Below are positions 38,968-49,700 of a stretch of 64,000 nt of DNA, in pieces. A program made the position numbers and the translations under genes. The first letter of the stretch is position 1, and every line of letters begins with the position of its first letter. This stretch comes from Zygnema circumcarinatum SAG 698-1b (taxonomy: Eukaryota > Plantae > Zygnematophyceae). The notes below the pieces were generated by a model that saw nothing but the letters and a program-made list of their open reading frames with translations, did not search any database and was not told where the DNA came from. Location: NCBI GenBank assembly GCA_037447605.1, contig CM074811.1:930001-994000 (forward strand), written 5' to 3'.

Positions 38968-41900
38968 ATGGCTGCTCCCTCTCTTACTCCCTCCTCCCTC
39001 CTGCTGGTCCTTCGGGCCGCCCGGCCGGCCTTTTCCAGCCGCCATGATCGCGTGGCGTTTCTCTTGCACGCAGGAATGCTCACTGCGGGCTTCCGCCTCG
39101 TGGCTGCTGGGGAGGCTGCTCTCGCGCCCGCCGCTGCAGGTTGACTTTCAAACAGCAGTACTGCTGAAACTGCGATGTCGACTGTATTTTGAGAACATTT
39201 ATTTATTTAAACGTTATTTTTTTTATATGTATTGCCTGGTGTGGACATTTGAAAGCCTGTTTCACTTAATCGTGAAGGGAAGCCTGTCGCTGAACCAGCA
39301 GAAGTGTAACCCGACGGAGCAGCAGCAGTGTATCATTTCCAGTTTTGAAATTCCTAAAATTGATCTCTGGAATCTCAAAAGTTGGCAAGCGTAAGCAGCT
39401 GATGGTAGCTTAACTGCTGCGCCCATGCCGTGATATTATCCTCAATGTGGTAGAGAGATAGTGCTAGTGCATCTTTGACCATTCCTGCTCAATCAGAGTT
39501 GTTTCCAATAAATTTTCTTACATTTTATTATTGTTTTGCTCAATGTCTTCGTCACCTTGCGTCGTTTCACATCATCCTAACGTTTTTCTCCAGCTTTGTT
39601 TATTTCGATCGTTTCTCGGTCGTCTGTGTGTGGAGTGCAGGAGAGGCGGAGGAGCAGGAAGTGGGAGTAGAGGGGTGGAATCAGATAGAGGGAGTCTACG
39701 CCTTCCGCTATGCGGGAGGGAAAGGGGAAGGTCTCCCTGAAAAGGCTTCAATGAAGTGTTTGGCAATTGAAAATCTCCTGCTTGTGGATGCAATACGGGA
39801 GCCTCTGGAGCCTCTCAACGCACCAATTCACATGGAACTCAAGTACAGTTCTGTTCCCGGTGCTGCCTTTTATTGTGCCTTTTCCTTCTTCTCACTTAGT
39901 AGGAGTGTGGCAAGGACCGGGAGCATTTTTTCTCTTGATGATTTTCTTAAACCTATTGCTTTTCCTTCCCCTCACCCCCCTTTTTGTTACCTCGCGGTGT
40001 TATGACGTGCAAGGAGTACAGCGTTACAGAATTTGTAACGGAGTCCGATTCTACAAACTATGCTGAACATTTCAACAATCTTGACGCTCTTGTGGAGCGG
40101 ATTTACAAGGAGTTGGTTGTTCCGCTCACGAGGCCGATAGAAGCAAGAAGGAATGAGGGGGGTGGTTTGAGGTAAGAAGCTATGGGCGTGCTCAGCGCTT
40201 AACAAAGCAGCATTTGTTAGAATATAGTCAGAATGCTAGTACATTATTTACTTGTATAGAGGTGGGATGTCTGTTTCTTTTGTTCAACGGATTCTCAGAT
40301 ATTATTACTTGGAGATAGTTGTTTTTTCTTGATCATCCTTATGCATTGAGAACATTCTTGAAAGAGTCTTTTCTGTAAATATGTGTTCGGTAGTAGACGT
40401 ATCATATATGCATAAAATGCGTGTACACTTATGTACATCGACACACATGTACGCCTACATGGATGCACATATGCAGGAGCAAATGGATTTCACATGTGTA
40501 CGTATGCATACATGCCGTATGCATGTTGATATACTGCATAATATGCGTGTGATATACTGCATAATATGCGTGTGCATGCACATTCCCGTTCACAGTCTTA
40601 TACGAACATGTATGCATAGTTATGTAGATGAACTCCCCTATACGCACGTGTCCAAAGAGACATGCATATGCACATTCATTTCTACCTTCACCTGTATGCA
40701 GGTGTGGTCAAGCGGAGATGCATCTCTCTCTCTCTCCATCTCTCTCTCTCGCTCTCTCTCTCTCACCCCCCCCCTCCCACCCTCCCAGCTGTCTCTCGCT
40801 CATACACACAGTGAGTCTGTCTTTTCATATGGCACTTTGTTGATAACATGCAGAGACGAGAGGAGATCTTCTGTCCCATTAAGGGAGGATACAGGAAGAG
40901 ACTGGAGTCCTCCAATTTTCAGGTAAGTCCAGAAAAAGGTTGCAAATGATCATTGTGTTTATACATCGATCTATTTCAGCTTGGTTGCAAGCTGATGGTG
41001 ATGAATCATCAAATCTGATCAAGATCATCAGATCTGATGTTGATTTAATCAGAAATTGAAACCGAGATAAGAACTGTTGGATTTCCTTTCGATGATGGGA
41101 TCAGGGGAGGAGGAGAGAGAGGGACTGGGTATGGCCCTTTCCCGGTGCCAGGAGTTGGGAGCAACGACCTCCTGCCGGGTGGCGGGGGTGGCATTTTTCC
41201 TCCTCTGTAAGTTAGACTCTCCCTCAATGAGTGATCTGGAAACTTTATAAGTTTGGACTTCTCCACCTTTGAAAAAAGCCCCGAGTGCCGTGAAAGCTCA
41301 AAGCCTTGTATACTATTTAATTCCAATGGCAATGCTATCTCTTGAATATCCTATTGTTTTCAAAAAGTTAGACCGAAGTTCAAGCGCAGGATTAGGGTTA
41401 GGGTCAGGTGTGGGTTGAGGTTCGGGTTAGGTTTAGAGTTAGAGTTGACTCAGGATTAGGTCAGGGGAAGGATGAGGGTTAGTGTTAAGCATGTTTTTAG
41501 GGGTTTTAGGGATTTTAGGGTTTTTTAGTATGTTAGGGTTCTGTTTATAGGTATGGTTAGGGTTAGAGTTACGATATGGGTTATGATTAGTTGGTTATTA
41601 GGCTCAGGTTGAGGTTAGGGTTAAGCTTAGAGTTGTTGGAAGGAGGAATAAGGATAGAGGATCTATTCGTTTGAAAATCTTTCTTGTGCATTTGAACTGA
41701 CATGTGTGTAACGGATGCAGACGAGGCGGAGGACTCGGTGTGCCAGGTGGCGGCGGAATGATGTTAGGTAAGATCAGTGGTCGTTACGCTTATTCAACGA
41801 AAAGGGGCATGTTCTGCTTATTGGGGGCAACGTCAACTTGTAAAGATTCAGACTTAGATCAGGCTGTTTTTGGTTAAAGGCAATGATGAAAGTTGCTACC

Positions 41901-42444
41901 TCTCGCTTTTTCACATCTTCTCCTTCTTTCTCCTCTCTCTCTCGCTCTCGCTTGTAAATAATCCTTACAGGTCCAAATGACCCTTATTGGGGCCGTGTGG
42001 GAGGTCCCGACGGGAGCTTTCCTCCTGGAGAGATTCCGTAAGTGTCCTGCTTGACCATTCTCACAGAATGAGAAGTTACCCTGTTCATCACTCACTGTTT
42101 GTTTGAAGTGCTTTTGCATATGGGAGGCTAAAGGTTAGTGCGGATATCAGTACTTCACAATTACTGGTTCTACTGGAACATTTTGGTTTCAGGTTTCAGA
42201 GTTCAAGCTTCTGCTGTTAGAGGTTTAGTAGTCCTTTGGCTGTGTATGGCTTGATGAGGATCTTTTGGAAATTTAGGATTCTGACGTTCTAGAACTCTCT
42301 CTCGCTCTCTATCCCCCTCCCTCCCTCTCTCCCCCCCTCACTCCCTCTCTATATGGGGCTATCACAGCGGCGTACCCCCTGGTGCGCGATACGATCCAAT
42401 TGGCCCTCCAGGAGTTCCGGGGTTTGAACCGGGGCGCTTCATCA
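38968..42444 (+). CDS. PI31: Proteasome inhibitor PI31 (PSMF1-like), multi-exon; final exon uncertain (possibly to about 42711)
   Basis: LRAARPAFSSRHDRVAFLLHAGML|GEAEEQEVGVEGWNQIEGVYAFRY..KCLAIENLLLVDAI..HMEL|NVTEF..HFNNLDALV; VPGVGSNDLLPGGGGG; GMML|GPNDP; GVPPGARYDPIGPPGVPGFEPGRF. These match the PI31 N- and C-terminal motifs. Confidence 0.9.
41391..41635 (+). repeat. Degenerate telomere-like (T2-4AGGG/TTAGAG/TCAGG) tract inside a PI31 intron
   Basis: TTAGGGTTAGGG, TTTTAGGG and GGTTAGGGTTAGAGTT units read directly. The tract is degenerate. Confidence 0.6.
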
Positions 42445-42824
42445 GGTAAGAAGAAGTCGCCCTTGATAAAGTGAAAAGAAAGTATAGACAAAACAATTAT
42501 AGTCCTTCTGTATTTTGAGTCGTGAGAGATTAAGAGGTTCCTTTTTGTGAGGGAGGGTAGGGAGGGAGGGGAGGCCTTAGAGTTTCAGTGTACCTGAAGA
42601 AGAGAACAGAATTGAAGGAGAATCGAGTGTCAAATAACTAGGGGACGTAGAGAAATCAATGAAGTTATCAGCAGAATTGCTGGACCCTATTCTCCCACTT
42701 TTTTCATCTGATCTGAAACCTCAACCCTAATTATGGTTGCTGTAGAGAGACCATAACGCCTCGAAGTCTTACGATCCTGTAGATGACCCTGTATACTGTT
42801 CAGATCCTAAATTAGTTGTAAATC

Positions 42825-42945
<121 letters not shown>

Positions 42946-43792
42946 CGCTCTCCCCCTTCCCCCTTCTCTATTCTTGTGTGTTGACAGGGGGGGAAGAGGA
43001 TCGGGGCAGCCTCCAGTGCATCCTGACCTTCAATTTTTTCGCGACGATTAAATCAATTTTTCTTCGGACCTCCCCCGAGGAGAATAGAATCTGAGCAAAA
43101 TTTAGCTCTCCGGCGCCTTCGTTCTTCGTTCGGATTTTTTTACCCGTATGGAAGGAAACCCCTTCCAGAAGATGGCCCCCATCGTCGATCGGCCGCGATT
43201 TATCGGCACGAAGGCTTATACAGACTGGTAATTTTGGCGATGACAAGCGGACTTCGAAAAGGGTTTGAGAGAGTTTGTAGTAAAGGCCAATATGGAATCG
43301 AGCATGCGGATAAGCGCGATGTATCAAGGAGAAAATAATGAACCCAGGCCAAGGTTTGGCCATTGTAGCAGGTAGCTTTGTACATATCTGACAGTACTTG
43401 AGCTGTACTTTTAGTTGTACCGTACCATACTGTACTGTATTGCTAGTTGGTGTCTAGTCCTCCCTCACATTTCAAAAGAATTCCCTTCCGCAAATGTTTC
43501 ACCTAAGGGCTGTGAAGTCCTTTGGTTGCCAGCAAGCTATGTGCAAAGCAAAAGCACTCTTTTGGTGTCATGGTTTCCTATGAGTGTCGAATTTAGATGG
43601 ACTGTAATCTCTCAACTTACATTCCGTTAGTCATGAAGAAGCGAAAAGTGAAATTGAGACTCTCCGCACCCAAGACGGAGATGCAACTTGTCAAAAAAAG
43701 AAGTAATTTCCGAGTATCGTATGGCCCCACCAAGTTCGTGCATTCATGTCAGCTGCAGCGGAGCAAAACTGTCGGTTATTGCTCGGGAGCAT

Positions 43793-43864
43793 TCCGTTGC
43801 CGGGATTTGAACCCGGGTCGCTCGGGTGAGAGCCGAGTATCCTAACCGACTAGACTACAACGGA
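43793..43864 (-). tRNA. tRNA-Glu (anticodon CTC)
   Basis: Reverse complement TCCGTTGTAGTCTAGTCGGTTAGGATACTCGGCTCTCACCCGAGCGACCCGGGTTCAAATCCCGGCAACGGA, 72 nt. Acceptor stem TCCGTTG/CAACGGA, anticodon arm CTCGG-CTCTCAC-CCGAG, T-loop GTTCAAATC, AT-rich upstream region. Confidence 0.97.
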
Positions 43865-44084
43865 TGTGTTTAAAGATGACATTAAACTATATTTATACTT
43901 ATTTTTATTATTTAAACAAAAGTATTTTCACTCCATTTCAAAAGTGAAACCGCTTGGACCACTCGAAGTCCGACACGTGTCATATCATTGGCCAGGTTCG
44001 CTACATAGCACGACCTCGTGATGACGTGCATGGACCGCTCAGCATACGGACGGACAACTGGAGTCCTGCCAATTCACACGTCAA

Positions 44085-44270
44085 CCGAGTGCACTGATTG
44101 GCTGCGGTGAGACTTGCGGTGTGCATCCAGAGGGCCCATGATGATTGGCGGGGCAAGAAGACAATATTTTCCGGCACTGGATACCGAATTCTCCGCGATC
44201 TCGGCCGTGCGATTCAAGATCCGGCCGGCTGTTATGGCGTCATCAATTCCAGCCTCGTGTGTCATCCAGT
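44085..44270. repeat. Dispersed repeat of about 190 bp; second copy at 51858-52072
   Basis: Both loci share GCACTGATTGGCTGCGGT.AGACTTGCGGTGTGC..AATATTTTCCGGCACTGGATACCGAATTCTCC..TCATCCAGTAG. Confidence 0.75.
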
Positions 44271-44720
44271 AGTAGTACCACCCTATTTTCGATATTTCAC
44301 CCCCCATTTTGAAAATTTTGACCTCCCATTTTGGTTATTCCCCCTCCCCCTGTTTTGGATATTTCTTCACCGTATTTTGGATATTACACCCCCTGTTTTC
44401 TCCTTTTCTCTACTTACTTCCAACGTTGTGCCACAAAAGAAAACGAGATTTGCATTGGTCTCAAGATGGTGAGGGCATCAAATGAATATGGACGAAGTCA
44501 ACATGGGGAACCACGAGAAACTGGTCGCAAAGGACCTAAGCACAAAATAAAAAAGGGAGCAAAAAACTAAAAGAAAACTAAACTAACTGAGCCTAAGCTC
44601 AAAAACGACCTAAAAGCAGTCGCGAAGTTAGGATTGCAGACCCCCTAATTTAGGCAAGTCCTTAAAGTTGTGGCCTGGTTGCTCGCAATTGGGAAAAAAT
44701 CGTATTACCATTGAAATGTT
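44270..44720 (-). mobile_element. Truncated MULE-like element arm homologous to 61500-62104, with a decayed zinc knuckle
   Basis: Shares the TIR-like start (CCACCCTATTTT..TTTTGAAAATTT..TTTTGGTTAT) and the block TTCCAAC.TTGTGC.ACAAAAGAAAA..GATTTGCATTG.TCTCAAGATGGTGAG..CATCAAATGAA with the reverse complement of 61.5-61.9 kb. Minus-strand remnant reads PNCEQPGHNFKDL. Confidence 0.65.
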
Positions 44721-45573
44721 TGCTGATGGCAGTATAATCTTAAAACAAAAAAAAGAGTTATTAATATATGAAAAAATTATGTGAAAAAAAACTGCAAATA
44801 AAAGGTAGACCCCAGCTGCTATAGCCGGATGTATAACTATGGTAATATGGATAGGAAGCATTGACATAATTGACGGGAAAATGACTTCAGGTTACATTTC
44901 CTTTTGCATCAGGAAAATAATGTACTATTTTTCCTAAGTTAATAGAACCCACACCCCCAAGTTCTCTGGCAGTACCCGTTAAAATTTAACCTTCAACTTT
45001 TTTTGGATATAATATTGTAAATGATGCAAAGTTACCAGCAAATGAGAAAGTCAGACGTTCGAGTACATTAATTTGACCTCTTACTTGCAAGAATTAGGTT
45101 ATAAAACCTTTAGAAATAGAATCTCTAGCCGCTAAGTAATAATAACCTGATTTGCACAATTATCAACTTATCCCATATTTTAATTTTTGAAACGCGATCA
45201 TGGTCCGTTGCCCAACCAAAGGCCGCGATCGACTGTCTGCATGATGCCGCAATGCCAACGAAAATCATCCACCATCAACCATCCATCCATCCACCATCCA
45301 TCCATGAATTCATCCATCCGTGCATCCATTTATCTATCCCCCAAACGTGTCTTTATGCATCCCCTGTGCATGTCACTGCCATGGTGCGTCCACTCCCTCA
45401 TCATGCCATGCATGTGCAGGTACGCGCACTCCTGTAGAGCCATACTAAGTTTGACCGCCTCCTCCAAAGATGCGAAGGAGGGAGGAGAGGCGTCACCCTC
45501 CCAATGGGCCACTCTCGCATGCGACAAAAGTTGCATGCCTACGTGCACTCGTTACGGCCGCGGTCGGTCGGTG

Positions 45574-46295
45574 TGTTGATGCAGCGCCCTCCCTTGGTGG
45601 GGCTGCCACTTCTCCTCTACCTTGGGTAGAACTCGACATTTTCAATGAATTGCTCAATCACACAAAGCACACTAAATGCAAGAGAACAACTCAGCGGAAA
45701 TATGAAAATGTAAGGAGAAAGCCACCAGCCTAAAACTCCTTAAGATAAAGTTGAAATACAACTTGACAACACTAGAGCCAAGCTTCAAGCACCTCTCTCA
45801 AGCTACGTGAATAAACCACCCACTACAAGCTGAACTCTTCCCACTATCTTCTAGGCCCTAAGCAAGACAGCCTCACTCCCAATGTGAGTCACGAGAAGGT
45901 TAACTTCTACCAAACAATCTAAGCCTTAAATACAATATGGCGCCATTAGTGACATTGTCACATCNNNNNNNNNNTGATTCGCGCCTCGTCACGTCCCGAT
46001 TTGTCGCGTCGCGCCACGTCACATCTGACTCCGCCACGCCGCGCCGCGCCACCGACCAATGTCCGTACATTCGAGGTCTTGGCCTTACAAATCGTACCAA
46101 TGATTTGCCGCACCGACATTCTGATGCCTTGCCTTGCCAAATCAGACTTCGCGCGCTACCCGCACACCCCTTAAAGACTTGTACGGTCACTTAGACGGTT
46201 CGCCGTACATTGTAGACATCATGAGCACACCCCTCCTTAGAACTTAGTACCAACAACTTAGTGTACAACAAGTCGCTAACTACTTTACACTAACA
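45574..46295. mobile_element. Solo LTR with a perfect 5-bp target-site duplication
   Basis: Begins TGTTGA and ends CTAACA (TGTT..AACA inverted termini). Flanked by CGGTG at 45569-45573 and 46296-46300. Contains a 10-N gap. Confidence 0.8.
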
Positions 46296-46748
46296 CGGTG
46301 TTGTGTCGTCGCGCAGGCCCCGATCCGCCGCTTCAAGGCACGCCTGCATGCAGAGGAGACCGTCAGGAGCAGGCCGATGAAGAAAGGTGAATCTTGAAGG
46401 AAAGGGGGGAAACGAATGGCGGAGATTTTAAGTAAAGCATGAAAAGCATCCGTTATTTGAATGCAGCAAATGACCTCTCTAGGAATTTGATGCAATAAGG
46501 TAACTCTTAGTGTCTTGTGAAGAGAATTATAACGGATCTCTCGTAAAGCAAAAGCTGACTTCCCATGAGATAGCCTAATAATAACGAAACAAGTATTGAC
46601 TGCAACGCATCTTCAAGTCCAACGATTGTGCAGAGTCGAATCCAAACATTCCAAAATGATGAGAAGTAAGACAACACTACGCAGAAGCCATAAGGAGGTG
46701 TCAAGGGACAAGGCGAAGAGTACCAGCATCGGTACCGGGAGGAGGGGC

Positions 46749-49700
46749 TCAAGGAGAACGGCTCGGGGGGGGACGTCGAGGAGGGGGTCGACGGCTGGGA
46801 GGAGGTTTATGTGGAGGGGGCCTTTTCGAAGGGGGCGGAGGACGGGGAGGAGGGGATCGTGAAGCTGCAGAAATGCAGGGCACTGTGTAAGTTCCCGTTC
46901 ATGATTAAAGGCGAACTAACTTCTTCCATAACTTTCATATTCTATTTGAAACACGTCCTTATAGACGTTCTGGGCGGATGCAGAACGAAATAACTTACTT
47001 GAAGACTTGTGCAATCATATTTCATCATCTATGTGCATCTCAGGCTATATGCATCTCCACGGACAATTAGATTCCTGTGTCATTTCTCCGGCTATTAAAT
47101 TTTCTCTTTGGAAAGCAAAAAAGTCAAACTCGCAGCTTTTCTAGCTATTTCCAAATGGAGCCGAGATATGTTGTAGCGTGCATGGGATTGGATTGGGTCG
47201 AGAAAATTATTGAAAGCTTAAACCATGATATCAGAGCAGCACTCGATATATCCTAATAAACTCTGCACCATTTTCTAAATGGGCTTGCAGAGTTCACCAA
47301 GTAGTACTTGCCGTGTGCTTCTAGAAGGTCGAGAATTGAATCTCCTCTATTCGCGGCGTCAAGTGGATCACATTCAGTGTGCTCTAAAAGCAACGACAGT
47401 GCAAAAGTTGATAGCAATGCGATACTCTCCACAACCTATGCCACTCTTTTCTTCACCTTCCTTGCGAGTACCTACAAGGAGCTGTTTGCAACTCACCACA
47501 CTTGCCGGATGCCAGCGCATATCCCTTGTCGCATGTACACGTGGCCGTGTCGTACCCGCACGTGCCGCGGCCCCCGCACGCTCCCTCGGGAGAACCGCTC
47601 TGGCAGAAGGCCGCGCACTGTTTCTTAGGTCTCTGCTTTTGAGCTGCGCCACATCCTGTGACATCACGATAAATGCAGTTGTTTGTAGTACTGAAGGAGC
47701 AATAAGGATCCCCATATGTTGTAATGTCGATTGGCCCGGAGAAGTAGTTGTCTTGGATCCTCACTTCATAAATGCCATGGCTCGAAAGAGTTATGGAGCC
47801 AGTAAACTTGTTGTTGTCCAAGTACCTGATGACATTAAGGGTGGAGGAAAGAAAGAGAGAAGAACATTCCAACAGAACCCGTTCAAGTCTTCTTGCTGTC
47901 ATAGCCACTGAAAACATTCGCTTGTGCTGTTTGCAAAGACTCTTACTCCATCTTTACGACCCTACACAACCTTCAGCCTTCAAACACTGAAGCCCTGAAT
48001 CTCTAAGCAGCGATGCAGCTGTAGCGAAACGCTACAGTCACCCCAAGGGGGAAGGGTTACTTAGAGCCCGGCGTGGCTTTATGTTTCCATCCAATGCAGT
48101 ACCTAACGGTTAGGGCATCGGATACCCTATAGGACCACGGAGGTCCTAGGTTCGAACCGTAAGAACTGGTTCACACGTGGGGGCACCACATAGTCACGAT
48201 GCGCCCCANNNNNNNNNNGTTACCTTCTTGCGACCAACTGTCCCCCCCTCCAGTGGGTAAGCTTTGCTTACCCAGCACTCAGAGGAGCCGCATACCGTGT
48301 GTATGAGGGCCTCTCTGATGAGATTGGGGACGATTGGGATAAGTTCAGAGATGAACTTATCAAACACTTTGGGGCCTTGGATCCCGGCTTGGAGGCCCGG
48401 GATAAATTTCAGAACATGGTCCAAACCGGCAGTGTCAAGCAGTTCCTGCGAGACCTGCGTCAAGTGGTCCCTCAAATCACCACTCACAAGCCTGGTCAGG
48501 CTGAGTTCTTTTTCCACTTCAGGAATGGCTTGAAGCCACACCTGAGGAAGCAGCTGAGAACTAACCCACGGACTCTGAAACCGTGGGACCCCGCTGACTC
48601 TAAGCTGTACTTTGATGCAGCCATTCAGTTGGACACCGCCCCTGCAGGCGATGCAGGCCCTTCCCGACCCCAGCAGAGGTCGGGCGACGTGACAGGGTCG
48701 TGGAAGGCGGGACCCTCAGCTCCTGCCAAACTGGCAGGAAAGAACAAGCGGAAGCAGCCGGAAGTGGCTGCCCGCCCACCCACTGCACGGCCGCAGAAGT
48801 TGACTCCAGAGGAAATGGAGAAGATGCAGCGGGAGAACAAGTGTTTCCGCTGCCGCAAGGAGGGGCACAAGGCCCGGGATTGCCCTCTGAACACCAAGGA
48901 CAAGAAGGGCAAGGGGCCGGAAAACCCCAACCCACCAGCAGCTTAGGGGTCGTTGCTGGTGGACATGCTAGGCTAGGGGGAGGGAAAGGGGCTGCCATCA
49001 AAGATAACAGACTATTGTTTCTTAGAACCTTGGACATTCTTAACTTGGTGGGCAGACCTTTGGGAGTGCAAGATCTCTTTGTGTTTGATGTACTTCTTTT
49101 TTCCATTTCTCTTTCCCCTGCCACTATAGTGACTCCTTCTGAGTTTATGGTTGTGGTGATGCATGGTCAATGGAATGTGTTTATCCTCAATGTTATGGGT
49201 AATGATGTCTTGGTGAATTGTGCCATGGAGGCCATGCATGTCATGCGGGACACATCCCATATNNNNNNNNNNNNNNNNNNNNNNNNNNNNNNNNNNNNNN
49301 NNNNNNNNNNNNNNNNNNNNNNNNNNNNNNNNNNNNNNNNNNNNNNNNNNNNNNNNNNNNNNNNNNNNNNNNNNNNNNNNNNNNNNNNNNNNNNNNNNNN
49401 NNNNNNNNNNNNNNNNNNNNNNNNNNNNNNNNNNNNNNNNNNNNNNNNNNNNNNNNNNNNNNNNNNNNNNNNNNNNNNNNNNNNNNNNNNNNNNNNNNNN
49501 NNNNNNNNNNNNNNNNNNNNNNNNNNNNNNNNNNNNNNNNNNNNNNNNNNNNNNNNNNNNNNNNNNNNNNNNNNNNNNNNNNNNNNNNNNNNNNNNNNNN
49601 NNNNNNNNNNNNNNNNNNNNNNNNNNNNNNNNNNNNNNNNNNNNNNNNNNNNNNNNNNNNNNNNNNNNNNNNNNNNNNNNNNNNNNNNNNNGCCCCCATC

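Noticed and set aside
39271-39389. Extra PI31 exon with a strong GTAAGC donor
   Set aside because: PI31 homology is continuous without it, and inclusion in the required phase gives an early stop. It could be a poison exon, but there is no evidence for that.
40380-40700. Cys/His/Met-rich ORFs
   Set aside because: Degenerate (CA/TG/TA) low-complexity intron of PI31.
42968-43363. 131-aa minus-strand ORF as a gene or TE fragment
   Set aside because: No recognisable motif, splice structure or promoter context.
46613-46748. Hydrophobic TM/GPI-like tail on the LRR protein
   Set aside because: Careful frame counting through the C-run gives a TGA at 46749-46751. The hydrophobic stretch is in another frame. 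A 1-nt sequencing error in the C-run would change this.
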